From contig CATNEN010000033.1 of NCBI GenBank assembly GCA_950097015.1, forward strand, positions 2,604,001 through 2,668,000: a DNA stretch of 64,000 nt, in the 5' to 3' direction. The position numbers were made by a program, and so were the translations under genes. This DNA is from Macrostomum hystrix. Taxonomy: Eukaryota; Animalia; Platyhelminthes. Under the pieces are notes generated by a model. It searched no databases and was not told where the DNA came from. It worked only from the letters and a program-made list of their open reading frames with translations. Shown piece after piece: positions 12,383 through 25,564 of this stretch (the stretch's first letter is position 1; each line of letters opens with the position of its first letter).

Positions 12383-12960
12383 TGACAGCAGCTGTGCCGA
12401 CGTGGAGCTGCCTGAGACCGGATCCGCAGAGGCGCTGACGTGGAACTGCCGGAGACCGGATCTGCAGCTGTGCTGACGTGGAATGGCCCGAGACCGGAAC
12501 GCAGCTGTGCTGACGTGGAGCTCCCGGAATCAACCCGGCCTGTCCCGACCTGCAGCTGCCTGCATCGACCCAACCCTGCCGAAACTGGAGCCGCCCGGAC
12601 CCGATCGGGAATGAGATCGGGAGGAGGCCGAGACCGCACAAGAAGGTGGGATCGATGAAAGAAAAGGGTTGGCGTGCCTGCCAACCAACTAGTTTAATGA
12701 CAATAACTGTACTAGACTCGAGGCTGCGACCTCACTCACCCCCAATTCTCATGCGTACTGCTGCTATGGTATTATCTCCCCCTCGGATCGAGGGGTTTTA
12801 AAGACACTATATATATCGGTGCGGAGCGCGGAAAAAGATTCGCCGCTCCAGTTAGTTAGAGACTCACTTTGAGCTCCGTTTAGAAAATCATTGTGTTTGC
12901 GTTCTTTCTTAAGTAGAATCAGTGATAACGATCTAGAGAGATCACCACTGCCAGCCGGTA
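12383..12960. mobile_element. Possible retroelement remnant: 4 degenerate ~39-bp GC-rich repeats, a purine tract (GAAAGAAAAGGG), then an LTR-like TATATATA...CAGTT segment
   Basis: GC-rich island with repeated GCAGCTGTGCYGACGTGGA; no second LTR, TSD or protein motif found. Confidence 0.25.
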
Positions 12961-13380
12961 TACTGAGTATCGATAGTCGTTAGGAGTTATAGCCTTCAAG
13001 ACTTTTAGACTGCAATAAACCGCTAGACAAAGTATAGGAAAACTACGAGTGAAGAAGAGGAACATAAAACTTGAAGCGCTATAGTCAGAAGACTCGAGCT
13101 ATGACGTAGAAATTGCTCACGGAATGTTTTGTTCTGCGATGCACAGTAAAAAAACTGACGATAGTACCAAGACATTTTTTGCGTATACTAATTGAAGGCT
13201 AGTTTTTTATATATTCGCACTTTTGTTTTATTGTTGCATCTATCAACTACGAGCGTAGATGTACACATACATGCCTGAAATCGTTAAAAAGTACATAAAA
13301 CGGTAAGAAAGTAAATGTGCAGACGTTAAGCAAATCAAGGAAATGATTAGAATCCGGTGTGCCGAAAGCAGTTGAGTGAA

Positions 13381-13394
13381 GTTACCTTAGTAAC
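13381..13394. promoter_or_regulatory. RFX X-box motif GTTACCTTAGTAAC
   Basis: Near-palindromic 14-bp X-box (GTTACC-N2-AGTAAC); about 1.8 kb upstream of the kinesin ATG. Confidence 0.35.
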
Positions 13395-13669
13395 ACATCT
13401 AACAAGTGCTTTTGGTCACTGTCGCAGCTAACTATACAAACAAAATATGAGCACGAGTAGGCCTATTTATCGTTATATTACTCTGGTAAAAATGGTTGCT
13501 CACTGGTATCAGGTCTGCATGTGGTGTCGAATAAATTTTTTTCAGTTGACAAGAAGCTGAACCTTAAAACGCTGAAGCACAAAGTAAAAAAACAGAAGTT
13601 TATTTGGCACTGGCAATTTATCTTCTGTTAAATACCGGCCTAATCCAAGGTGGAAATTGTTACCGACTT

Positions 13670-14092
13670 TTATTCGCCAGCCACCAGGTAGTAAATTATG
13701 CTGTAAAGTAGGACGAAGAACAGCACCAAATAGTACACTAGCTTGAAGGTGCAAAAGTACATAGCCCGCTTAATATAGTTTCGATTGTTGATTTCAAATG
13801 GATCGAACAGGCCAATTTGTCCGCGCGGCAGTGTCAGACAGCGGTAGAAAAGGTAGCAGGGCAGCGGAGCCGCAAGCAGGAACAGAACCCAGTGCAGCGA
13901 CAGCAGCAGCAGCAGCGGCAAAGCGGCGGCCGCGGCTGCCTCTGGCCACACCCATTTATTTAGCCGATCGCAGCCTTCGCGAACATTCAGATAATCGCAG
14001 TCCAGATCAGACAGGGTCATCAGCAGGTAGACAGCTAGGATTAGTAGGGCCAGGCTGCCAATTAGGCAGATGGACATAGCTAGGATAGACAT
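13670..14092 (-). CDS. CNIH4: Cornichon family protein, CNIH4-like, intronless
   Basis: First ATG at 14092; cornichon motifs LSDLDCDYLN..EGCDRLNKWVWPE and GLFDPFEINNR, three hydrophobic segments, C-terminal KLVYYLVLFFVLLYSII. Confidence 0.85.
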   Translation of the reverse strand: MSILAMSICLIGSLALLILAVYLLMTLSDLDCDYLNVREGCDRLNKWVWPEAAAAAALPLLLLLSLHWVLFLLAAPLPCYLFYRCLTLPRGQIGLFDPFEINNRNYIKRAMYFCTFKLVYYLVLFFVLLYSIIYYLVAGE

Positions 14093-16074
14093 GGCAGCTG
14101 GGAGCCAGTGCACTGCTGCTTGCTGGTGCTACTGCAAGACCAAGTATAGATATTTTACCAGGTATACTTTAATACGAGTAGAACCAGAGGATTGTAAATG
14201 AAAATGTGGCAGTAAGCAAGCAGTAGATATACAAACTAGTAACTGTTTAGCTTGTTTACAAATTTTAATGGCAATAATGGATGCTACAGATACACCATCA
14301 AGACTTCAGCAACAAAAAACTGTCTAAAAGTTTTCTGCCGAATAGCTGGTCAAGGGTGTTCATTATATTGTTAGAATAGGCAGCACTGGCTAGCTATCAT
14401 TTTGTGGTTCTGGTAGTGGCAATTCCAGGCCCAACACTTCAACTTATTTAACTACTTACCCCATGTTAATGACCATTGAATGAATTATTTATCATTAGAT
14501 AGTGGATTTGAGTTGTGAATTTGATGTTGGTGTTTGTTTATGAATCTGTCTATCTATGTCTATTGCCAGTTAAGTTGCACTTGCTTATTTAAGTAAAATA
14601 ATGATTGTTTTCACTTAAAAATGAAATAGGAATGAGGAAAAAGCTTTCTGGGCTTTAAAATTCATAGAGATGATGGAATTTCTAGGCAAAACAATTGACC
14701 AGATCATTCCTTTACTAAAATACTAACAAAATTCTGTTTAAAAGTTAACATAAAGTTAAATTTGCTTTATTCAGTTAAAAGTTTAGATAACATTAATACA
14801 TATTATTAATATGTATAGCTTGTTTCTAGGCAATAAGCTGGATATTAAGCAATATAACAATATGACATGGACAATAGTAGCAATGATATGTTATTGACAG
14901 GAGCAATTAATGTCTACAACTAGTAACAAGCTACTCCAACCATGTCCTGCAGGTCCACACTGGCAAAAGCCATTGTAGTAGAATGCAGATGGACATAGTG
15001 CAAGCAAGCTATTGGGCTCCTTGAACTTAAATACTAAAAAATAGTTCTAGCCTTAGAAGGTTAAAAAACCAGTGTACATTCAAGTTTTCAGGGGTACTAA
15101 GTTAAAAAAATATCTACATTTGCTCCATCTACAACCACTTTCTATAGATATTGGCTTCCCTATCACAGTATGACAACACTTTGTTAGACATAAGGAATTA
15201 AAAATTTTAGAAGCAAATTCTTGGTCAGATATTTTTGTGGGATAGGCCTAATAGCTAAGAAATAGAGTCAAGTCCCCCAAAACTTTAAGAGTCAGAGTAC
15301 TGAAGATTACTAATATTTATTATAAGATAGACAAAGAGCTTTTGTGGGTTACCCCAATATATAGGCCATATTGAAGATAGCTTTTTGGTTACATTGGAAG
15401 TATTTATTTTTTTATGAATTTTTAAGCATATGTCAGCCTTAACTGTGTGCCAACCCAGGCTTCATTGGCTATTTTTACATTTATGGTATAGGCCTATTAA
15501 ACACTGTATAGAGTTTTTTAAGTTTAACTCTTTTTCAATTAGCAATGTACCTAGACTAACTAAATATGCTACCCAGAAAAACTAAATAAGATAGGCCTAC
15601 TTAGACTAGGCCTATTAACGATGATAAGCCGTGGATAGATGACAGATTTTTCGGCACCAGTTCCAGTTCCAAAGAATGCATAGCACAAAATTCTTAGCAC
15701 TCTTAGCATTTCTTAGCACAAAATGCTTTAAAATATCAAAACTGCCAGAAGTAATCTACTCAAAAATTAAATTTCATCCAGATTCTCTGGCTAATCACTG
15801 AGTAATAGCCTTCTACTTTATTATAGAATGCATGTCTCGTTGATAACATGATAGGTTATAAACAGGCACTCAACGTTTTAGGAAAAATGCAATATAACAA
15901 TTCGACTTTCTTACCAAGTGCGAAAATCGAGTAAAGTACAAATTATATTAAAAATACTTAACCTTTTATAAAAATGTGTTTATCAAACTAAAAACAATTA
16001 ACATCGTCACAGATAAAGCTGGATAAATTTTTGAATCAGAAAATTTTTTGTAGACTGGAGCACGGGTCTTCCCC

Positions 16075-16180
16075 AGTCGTTTTCCCGTCTGCAACTTTTT
16101 CCCCGCGAAAAATTTTCCCGCAGCGAGGTTTTTCCCGCAGATGTTTGCCCCGCCGAGACTTTCCCGCCATCGGTTTTCGC
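16075..16180. repeat. Cluster of TTTTCCC(G) motifs resembling subterminal repeats of a DNA transposon end
   Basis: About 6 spaced TTTCCC/TTTTCCCG motifs; no inverted partner found. Confidence 0.35.
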
Positions 16181-17767
16181 ACCGAAACACACCTCCGATT
16201 TCATCACCATTTTTCTTGTCGTTGCTTACCACACAAAGACTAAAATGCATGGCATCCGATTCCTTAGAAGCGGAATCATATAGTAAATTGGCTTCACTCA
16301 TTTTAAGATATCTTGCCCACCGGCAATTGCTAGCGAAATCCAGTGCTCGAAAAAAATTATTTTCGAAATTTTTTTGCCTTCCTTCAGGCAAAGCTTCGAC
16401 TGTATGCTGAAATCTTGGTGGGGAAGGCATAGGCAAGAAAAAATGGCTAGAGAATTGTTAGGGTGTTTCGGTTTCGAGCTTTTTAATTCACGAATCTATG
16501 AAATAGGTAATTGACTCCTAATCACATGGTCAGAAGTTTGAAAAAATGCAATAATATGTAGCATTAGTACATCTAAATAATATATATGGGGGAAAGTGAA
16601 GTATTCTTCAATTCAAGCACTTAATTTCAGTTGCTTATGTTGACCAAGGTGTATAAATGGGCATCGGCATTAGCTGCGGTAGAAATTAGGTCGCATTTGG
16701 CGGCCCCTATTGTGTCGTGGTCTGAAGTCCGCGCAGCTATTTTTAACAAGTATCTCGTCGAGGCACGACACGTCGACAACCACTACTGCACATAGTAGTG
16801 TTCGAAGATTGTTAAAGTTAAAATCCGCGCGAGCTTTTACTGGCGTCTGTAATTGATGAAGTTATAATGAAAGAGTTATAGAGTTTAACCTTTATTTAAT
16901 AGTTAATACGCTTTAATTGATTTCTATAGTTCGTTAAAAATTGGCAGTCGATAGGTGTATATAGCTATTCATATAGGTCTAGTAAGTCTTTCGACAAAAA
17001 GCACACTTTAAACACAATTTTCAAGCCCGCATTCTCTTCCGCAGTAAGTCCTAGAAATAGGCGCTAGGTCCAATAACAGGCGTGCTTGATTGCCGCCAAG
17101 TCAAAGCCAAATCTCGCAGATAAAATGACAATCTCTGTCTAGGACAAGATCCGATGAGCAAATAAAACAACCTCAAAACTTCAATGCGACCGAAGCCAGG
17201 CCGGAAATCTTAATAAACCCTGGAAGTTCACACTTGACAATTCCCCCGAGTTTCCCCCGGGAATGTGGACAATGCAGCTTAACCTGACAATAAATGTGCA
17301 AATATGGCATGGCATGGCATGGCGGCACATCAAAGAGACTTGCAAAATAGCAAAAAATGTAAAACTAATAGTGGTAATGAAATTTTAGACTGTCTGAAAC
17401 ATTTTCTAAACATCCTTTTAATCATGAATAGTTATTGCCTCAAACTCAAATTGCTTATGAATGACATTCTAGTTAATTTACGACTGTCTGCTAATATCGC
17501 TGCGTTAAATTTAATGATAACAAATTACTGTCTGGGGTAAAAATTCCAGAACTGCGTTCAATTCATGAAAGCGAACCCGACCGGCATCTCGCCCGACCGA
17601 CGGGTCGCGCCGATGCTGCAGACGGTTGATGAAGGGGACCCTGGTGCCTGGGATGCTGAGAACAAAGGTCCCAACGACAGATGGACTCAGAATATTGAAC
17701 CAATATGACAAAGACATGTTTGTTGTCCTTGCCACCAGGGTCTTCGACAAGAATTGCTGAATATCTC

Positions 17768-17955
17768 GACGATGTAGACGTCGGACGGCTTTGAAAGTTA
17801 GTTCATCGTTAAGGACGATGTAGACGTCGGACGGCTTTGAAAGTTAGTTCATCGTTAAGGACGATGTAGACGTCGGACGGCTTTGAAAGTTAGTTCATCG
17901 TTAAGGACGATGTAGACGTCGGACGGCTTTGAAAGTTAGTTCATCGTTAAGGACG
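17768..17955. repeat. 46-bp tandem repeat x4
   Basis: GACGATGTAGACGTCGGACGGCTTTGAAAGTTAGTTCATCGTTAAG starting at 17768, 17814, 17860, 17906. Confidence 0.95.
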
Positions 17956-18519
17956 AACATTTTATCGGTATGGCGGATTTAACTTATTGACTTATTTGAA
18001 ATACACCGGTCTGCTCATTCAACTCGTTCTGTCAAGGCTTCTCATTCTCGTATAAGTTGAAATAAGTGCGCAACTGGCGCAGTGACTGTTTGCTGTTGTA
18101 GGCACTGAAGTGACACAAATGATTGGGACCTGGAAGTGGTCAACTCAACTTATTTTAAATGCGGTATGTGCTTCTGAGGCGAGCTAGTGAGGCAGCTAAT
18201 CAAATTAAACTCTATTCAACTGCCCAGATGTCAATAAACACAGCAGAACTCGACAGACCTAAGTATATTGCGGAAAATGTTTGCACTGATTTTCAATTGG
18301 AGTCCGCTAAGTGGCACCAATTTTGTGCAAAGCAGAGAAAAGGTCTTCTTTCTCGTAGAACAAAAATAAAGTTAAAAAAATTGGAGCTATATGTGGCTGA
18401 CGAATCCCGTACAAAAGACAAGATTTAATAGTAATTTGAGAGAGCAACACAATCTATTCAATCAGGGTTTGAAGTTATGAGAACAGCTGCAACTTTTCTC
18501 TGAACTCAGTCAATGTATC

Positions 18520-18925
18520 GAGGGAGATGAAGGGATGGGTTGGTGAGTGTAAGGAGATGAAGGGATGGGTTGGTGAGTGTAAGGAGATGAAGGGATGGGT
18601 TGGTGAGTGTAAGGAGATGAAGGGATGGGTTGGTGAGAGTATGGAGATGAAGGGGTGGGTTGGGAGAGTAGGGAGATGAAGGGATGGGTTGGGGAGTGTA
18701 AGGAGATGAAGGGATGGGTTGGGGAGAGTAGGGAGATGAAGGGATGGGTTGGTGAGAGTATGGAGATGAAGGGATGGGTTGGGGAGAGTAGGGAGATGAA
18801 GGGGTGGGTTGGGGAGAGTAGGGAGATGAAGGGATGGGTTGGGGAGAGTAGGGAGATGAAGGGATGGGTTGGGGAGAGTAGGGAGATGAAGGGATGGGTT
18901 GGGGAGAGTAGGGAGATGAAAGGGT
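18520..18925. repeat. 30-bp G-rich minisatellite (GGGAGATGAAGGGATGGGTTGGGGAGAGTA)n
   Basis: Direct inspection; four G-tracts per unit. Confidence 0.95.
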
Positions 18926-19241
18926 TGGGGCAGTTCGGAAATGAGTTAGAAGAAAGTGGGGAGATGAAGGGACACACAAAACTAAGAGCACATTACGAGG
19001 CACACGTGGATGAACAAATATCATTTTCGCAAGTTATTCAGTGCATTCAAGGAATTGAACACGATGCAGGCGCAGACAAACTCCGAAGTTTTTACAGCGA
19101 GGAACGAAACAGTGCGACGGCTAGGTAAGAAGGCACAAGCACGATAGTCAAGGTATTTTCACAAAACAGAAAAGACACAGATGCTGAAATGACACATCTA
19201 ACACAACTTGATGTTCTGGAGTTTCAAGTTCAGGCAGGATC

Positions 19242-22200
19242 TCAGGGTCGAGCGTTGAATGAGAAGTTCCTGGCCGACAGCGCAGTCTCGAATGCCGCGG
19301 CTGCAGCGGCGGCAGCTGAGGCGGCCTCCGTGCTCGCCGCTGGCTGCTGACTTGCTGGCCAGCCAAAGGCGGCGTTCGCCATCGCTAGGTACTGGCAGTA
19401 CTGACCGCAGATCGACAGGTCCACAGCTGGCATCAGGGGCGTCAGGGGTATCAGCGGCGGTGGTGGTGGAAGCCGTGGCTGCGTCAGCGGCGGCGGCGGC
19501 ACAAGCGACCTCGGTTGTTGGGGGCGGAACTCACCGGCCGCAGCAAACGCGGCCGCAGCGTCGGGCCCTAGGAGAGTGTCGATGTCGAAGTATCGCCTTG
19601 GCAACGGCGCTGAGGAAGTCGCTGCGGTCGGCTTCGTCCGCTTCCCGACGTCGGCGGCCGACTGTCCCGCGCCGGCTTCCGCCTGCGGCCGGACTCGCCT
19701 TTTCCGGCGTCGATAGTTGCCGTTCTCGAACATCTCGTCGCAGTTGTCGGCGAGGGTCCAGTAGTTGCCCTTGCCGGGCCTGGCCTTGTCTCGCTGCATC
19801 TTGACGAAGCACTCGTTCAGAGACAAGTTGTGCCTGATGCTGTTCTGCCAGCCCTGCTTGTTCTCGTGGTAGTATGGGAAATTGTCCATGATGAACTGGT
19901 AGATGCCTGTCAGGGATGCAGCGGTGGGACAAGTCTGAGTTTGTTGCTACTGCCGGATTGGGATCATTGGGGTCGGAACTCCCCTTCAGTTGGGAACAGA
20001 AGCCATGGCTTATCAATTAAAGGTTTCTTATGAAAGAATAAATAAAATATAGAATATTTGTTTACTTTGCTGAACTGCAGAATCAGTCCTGTCAATATTT
20101 ATAATTATTATAAAATAAGCTCCTAGCCTAAAACAAAACAAGCTCGGCATAATTTGCGCGGCATTTTCTGTTGTTTTAAGAGGCTCGAGCGCAGTTGCGG
20201 CCGCTTGCAAAAGCAGAAACTTAAGTCAAGTGTGTAGTCTAGGGGAGTCTCCCAACTGGGTCCAGCGATGGCTGGTTTGTTTGAAATGTGTAATTTACTT
20301 ATTTATCAAAAAGCACACTATGCAGAAGTGCCTGTTCAATTGGCCCTCGGCTGCTACCGTTAAGAGCGGGAGCGGCGCGGGAGGGCCACTTCTTCCTCCG
20401 CCATTCAGGGCTTCGCGCGGCATAAACAGAAAACAAGCACTCAGGCGGCAGATAGCGGAGCCGCATTCGAGCCGGCGGGCACTTCATTGATGCGGCGCGG
20501 GCTGTACGAGAGCCCCTTCCCACACCCACGCTGGTATGCGGACCTGCTTAGCATACTGGATCCCAGCATGCCAAAACAAAATAACTTCCGGATCAGGCCT
20601 AGCCGCTATGCAGTGTAAATAAACAGACCAGCCTGCACTGTGGCGGCCTGAGGAATTAAAGGCCAATTATAAGCCAAACTGGGGAGCGACTTTAGGGATT
20701 CGGCTCTGGACTTTTCACATCTCACCTTTCGGCTCCATTTGAAAGCCATCTCTCTGTTTGCCTACCTGTCCGGCTATCTACCTGCCTGCCTGCCTGCCTA
20801 CCTGCCTTGCCTACCTGCCTGCCTGCCTGCCTACCTGCCTACCTGCCTGCCTGCCTACCTGCCTGCCTGCCTGCCTACCTGCATACCTGCCTGCCTAACT
20901 GCCTGCCTGCCTGCCTACCTGCCTACCTGCCTGCCTACCTGCCTGCCTACCTGCCTGCCTACCTGCCTGCCTGCCTGCCTACCTGCCTACCTGCCTGCCT
21001 ACCCGCCTACCTGCCTACCTGCCTACCTGCCTGCCTGCCTGCCTACCTGCATACCTGCCTGCCTAACTGCCTGCCTGCCTGCCTACCTGCCTACCTGCCT
21101 GCCTACCTGCCTGCCTACCTGCCTGCCTACCTGCCTACCTGCCTGCCTACCTGCCTGCCTACCTGCCTGCCTACCTGCCTGCCTGCCTGCCTACCTGCCT
21201 ACCTGCCTGCCTACCCGCCTACCTGCCTACCTGCCTACCTGCCTACCTGCCTGCCTACCTGCCTACCTGCCTGCCCACCTGCCTGCCTACCTGCCTGCCT
21301 ACCTGCCTGCCTGCCTGCCTACCTGCCTACCTGCCTGCCTACCTACCTGCATACCTGCCTACCTGCCTGCCTACCTACTTGCATACCTGCCTACCCGCCT
21401 ACCTGCCTACCTGCCTACCTGCCTGCCTACCTGCCTACCTGCCTGCCCACCTGCCTGCCTACCTGCCTACCTGCCTGCCTACCTACTTGCATACCTGCCT
21501 ACCTGCCTACCTGCCTACCTGCCTACCTGCCTGCCTACCTGCCTGCTAACCTGCCTGCCCACCTGCCTGCCTGCCTGCCTACCTGCCTGCCTAACTACCT
21601 ACCTATCTATATATATACTCGTATATATATATATCAATCTATAAATCCATAAGTGATTATACTAATAAACATATTTCTATTTACAGCCGTGTAAAAACTA
21701 AAATAGAAACTGGAAACTGTGGATTGGTACTTTCAAACTCTCCAAAATGAAGCAGGTGCTCCCAGAAGATCAGTATTAATAGCCCCAGTAGATCTGCAAT
21801 TTACTTCAAAGGCCCAGCTCGAAGGCAGCTGGCATCGCTGGCAACAATTTCGATGCACGACCAATTTATTACAATGGCCAAACTTCAACAGCCCAGTCTC
21901 TGCTCTAGCTCTAGCCGCAGCCAAACGCAAACATGTTTTCAACAGCTGGCTGCAGCTAAATTTGGAACCTGCAGACGCAGCTGCGCTTAGCACCGCTGGG
22001 CCCTGGCTCATCCCGGCGATGGCAGCACGACTGCGTCAGCCATGCGGGTTGGGGGGCTCAGCAGAAGCCTATACTGTACTGCACCTGAAGCCTACTCAGC
22101 AGAAGCCTACTACTGTACTGTACCTGAAGCCTGCTCAGCAGAAGCCTATACTGTACTGCACCTGAAGCCTACTCAGCAGAAGCCTACTACTGTACTGTAC

Positions 22201-22420
22201 CTGAAGCCTGCTCAGCAGAAGCCCCCAATCGTTGCTCACCGTTGAGCGTAATCCTTCTATCGGGTGCACTTTTAATAGCCATGGCAATCAATGCGATGTA
22301 TGAGTATGGCGGCTTCTGCTGCGTTTGCGGCTGCGGCTGCGGCGGCGGCGGCTGGCTCGACTCCGTCGGCATCGACGAAGATGCGGACATGAGAGCCCGG
22401 TAATAAGCAGCCGTATCCAT
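19242..22420 (-). CDS. FoxL1: Forkhead transcription factor FoxL1-like, two exons
   Basis: Exons 22420-22240 and 19906-19242 (phase 1, G|GTGAGC...ACAG|GC); forkhead [15 protein letters not shown]...[37 protein letters not shown]...[13 protein letters not shown] is FoxL1-type; eh1-like YFDIDTLL. Confidence 0.85.
20755..21605. repeat. (CCTG/CCTA)n tetranucleotide array in FoxL1 intron
   Basis: Direct inspection; accounts for ORFs 20739-21644 and 20807-21652. Confidence 0.95.
22065..22222. repeat. Short degenerate tandem repeat (CTGAAGCCTACTCAGCAGAAGCCTA...) next to the FoxL1 donor site
   Basis: About 5 alternating ~32-35 bp units. Confidence 0.85.
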
Positions 22421-22924
22421 GCTGAGCAGGCGGCAATGGTCCGAACAGCGCAACTTTCCCACCTGACACAGCGCTAAAAACAGAGGATAAAAAAGTTAAA
22501 AGCTTGGGATTTCGCTCCAAGTAAAATCGAATCCAGCCAATGAGTAGGTGAGGCCTGCTCTCATTGGCTAATAGGATATTTGGAACGATAGACTATTTCT
22601 TGAGGTTGTCCTGACACCGATTTTCTGAATACACAGTTATATGACAAGCAGCACTGAATAACCATTTCGGAATGTTAGAAATACCGCGGCCATGCTAAAT
22701 GGCACAATATTGCAAAAAATCAATCCTGTACAACTGCAGGTCCAACTTATAAATACCTATCCCACACTCTGAGATTGTTTATGGTTGAACCTGTTAACTC
22801 ACTGCTGCCATGCAAAAATTATTAGATTTGTTTATAACGGTTTCCGCGATTTGAGGAATATAATTACTGAATTTCTAAAACTATGAGACGGCTTAACAAG
22901 TTGACCATCAAAGAACTCCGATCA

Positions 22925-23345
22925 CAGCTGCTAATCCTCACAGCTGCTAATCCTCACAGCTGCTAATCCTCACAGCTGCTAATCCTCACAGCTGCTAATC
23001 CTCACAGCTGCTAATCCTCACAGCTGCTAATCCTCACAGCTGCTAATCATCACAGCTGCTAATCCTCACAGCTGCTAATCCTCACAGCTGCTAATCCTCA
23101 CAGCTGCTAATCCTCACAGCTGGTAATCCTCACATCCTTAGTTGGTAACTCCAAAGCTGGCAATCCTCAGGGGGTAACTCCAAAGCTGGCAATCCTCAGG
23201 GGGTAACTCCAAAGCTGGCAATCCTCAGGGGGTAACTCCAAAGCTGGCAATCCTCAGGGGGTAACTCCAAAGCTGGCAATCCTCAGGGGGTAACTCCAAA
23301 GCTGGCAATCCTCAGGGGGTAACTCCAAAGCTGGCAATCCTCCAT
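22925..23345. repeat. Compound minisatellite: 16-bp (CACAGCTGCTAATCCT)n grading into 29-bp (GGTAACTCCAAAGCTGGCAATCCTCAGGG)n
   Basis: Direct inspection; shared core AGCTG..AATCCTCA. Confidence 0.95.
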
Positions 23346-24311
23346 AGGCAAAGCAGTTAAACAAAATACAGTCAAGCATATACCCGCCTGACTTTTAGCC
23401 TTGCCCAAGAGAAACTGGGATGTGAGGAGTGGGAGAGCTCTGGTAATCCCAAATAGGAAGCACAGGCTCCTGTACCAGTTTCGGATCATTATTGTGGCAT
23501 GAAGCAAAAGATGCAGCGGATCCCACCCCCGAACATGGGTGTCGACACACCTCTGGTCTGGAACAGATAATATTTATATTGATAATAAATAACTGGGACT
23601 GCCCGGCGATTCTTTGACCAGTTTGGGGTATTAACCAGGCCGCAGCCATTGCTGTTTGCTGTTGTTGAAGTGTTGGCTTCAATGGCTGGGCGCGGCCCAA
23701 TGTATTCAAGTTGTTTCTTTGCAATTATAAATGGGGGCCGCCCAGCATAAGAATGAAACAGATTTGTATCTGGCAGCAGCCCGACTTCATCGCCTCCTGC
23801 CGCAAGTGGCTCCCCTTATCTTCCCTTTGAGGATTTCCACGGACAGAAAAATCGGCCCCTAGCCTTTGTTTATTATTCACTCCCGCGGGGGCCAAAGCGG
23901 AGGCAGCACAATATAACAGGCCGTATAAAAAACAGGCCTTGAACTGTTTGTTATAAATAACAGCCTGCAGGCACCCTCCTGTCCGGCTTTTGATCAAATT
24001 CGAAACAATAACAGAGCCATTGCCAGTCCGCGGACAGGAAGTCAAGGTGAGATTTGCGCCATCAAACCACCGCTGGTATATTATTGGGCAGGTTTTGTGT
24101 ATTTACATTTCGTTGCAAACTTTTACAGCTTCAGCTGCCAAGTGAAATTTGGGCAGGCGCTGCCCCGGACTCCTGTGCAACTACGAGCTGGCTGATCGAC
24201 ACTTTTGCATGAGCCACTTTCTGATGCACGCAGCCCCGCCTTGGCAGCTTTCCCAACATCTATTAGCTCTCCATACCCCTTCCTAGCACTTCGGAGTCCT
24301 GCCTGCTAGCT

Positions 24312-24870
24312 CCCTGCCTTCCGTCACATCTTCCTGCCTTCCGTCACATCTCCCCGCCTTCCGTCACATCTCCCCGCCTTCCGTCACATCTCCCTCCCTT
24401 CCGTCACATCTTCCTCCCTTCCGTCACATCTCCCCGCCTTCCGTCACATCTCCCCGCCTTCCGTCACATCTCCCCGCCTTCCGTCACATCTCCCTCCCTT
24501 CCGTCACATCTTCCTCCCTTCCGTCACGTCTCCCTCCCTTCCGTCACATCTCCCCGCCTTCCGTCACATCTTCCTCCCTTCCGTCACATCTCCATGCCTT
24601 CCGTCACATCTCCCTCCCTTCCGTCACATCTCCCTCCCTTCCGTCACATCTTCCTCCCTTCCGTCACGTCTCCCTCCCTTCCGTCACATCTCCCCGCCTT
24701 CCGTCACATCTTCCTCCCTTCCGTCACATCTCCATGCCTTCCGTCACATCTCCCTCCCTTCCGTCACATCTTCCTCCCTTCCGTCACATCTCCCTGCCTT
24801 CCGTCACATCTCCCTGCCTTCCGTCACATCTCCCTGCCTTCAGTCACATCTCCCTCCCTTCCGTCACACC
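24312..24870. repeat. 20-bp minisatellite (CCTTCCGTCACATCTCCCYS)n
   Basis: Direct inspection. Confidence 0.95.
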
Positions 24871-25564
24871 TCCCACCCTACCGCCTCATCATTCTCAAAC
24901 TTTTATTTCCTCCAATCCTGTCTAACTCCCACCCGAACCTATTAATCTCCCTAACTCTAACACCTTTCAGCCTGTATCCCTCAGCTCCACACCTTTCAGC
25001 TTTCTACTCACTATTCCGAACGCGTGCAGCTGTACCACGATATCGATATTACATGGAGCCCTTACCGCCTGATCATAGCCTTACTTCACTACTAGTGAGT
25101 AGTTCATAACGCCAGTCGGCTAAGCCGATTCAAAGCCGAATAAAGCAAAAATAAACAAGAAAACAAATCCGGAAAACACTTAATTTGAAAAGCGAAAAAT
25201 CGAAATAAAAGTGTTCGCCTACACAGTTGGAGATGAGACTGCGAGTTGTATATTTTTTAAGAAGCAACAAAGCGTGCGACGGTATATTTTGTTTGCATAT
25301 ATATATTATATATAGAAAAATATATATATTAGTCGATAACAAAAACGATATTGCACAAGAATGCCAAACAGACCAATGAAAACCGAAATGAGAATCAATG
25401 GCTATATTTATGCGCATTGGTATATTAGCGACTTCAATCACTGAATGATTAGAATAAGCTGTCTCAATTGTAAAGCACTGATGAAATAAATGAACAATTA
25501 GAGAATGAGAAAGCAGCGCCTAGGCAACGAGAGCTTGAGAGTGAGAAAGTAGAGAAAGAATTGA

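Noticed and set aside
17511-17750. 79-aa minus ORF with plausible splice sites
   Set aside because: Could be an exon, but I found no partner exons or recognisable motif
17768-17955. Possible CRISPR-like array
   Set aside because: Units are contiguous and identical with no unique spacers; eukaryotic context and no cas genes. The same applies to the 57-bp and 66-bp arrays
20739-21652. 301-aa and 281-aa ORFs (CLPA)n
   Set aside because: Open frames of a stop-free tetranucleotide repeat inside the FoxL1 intron
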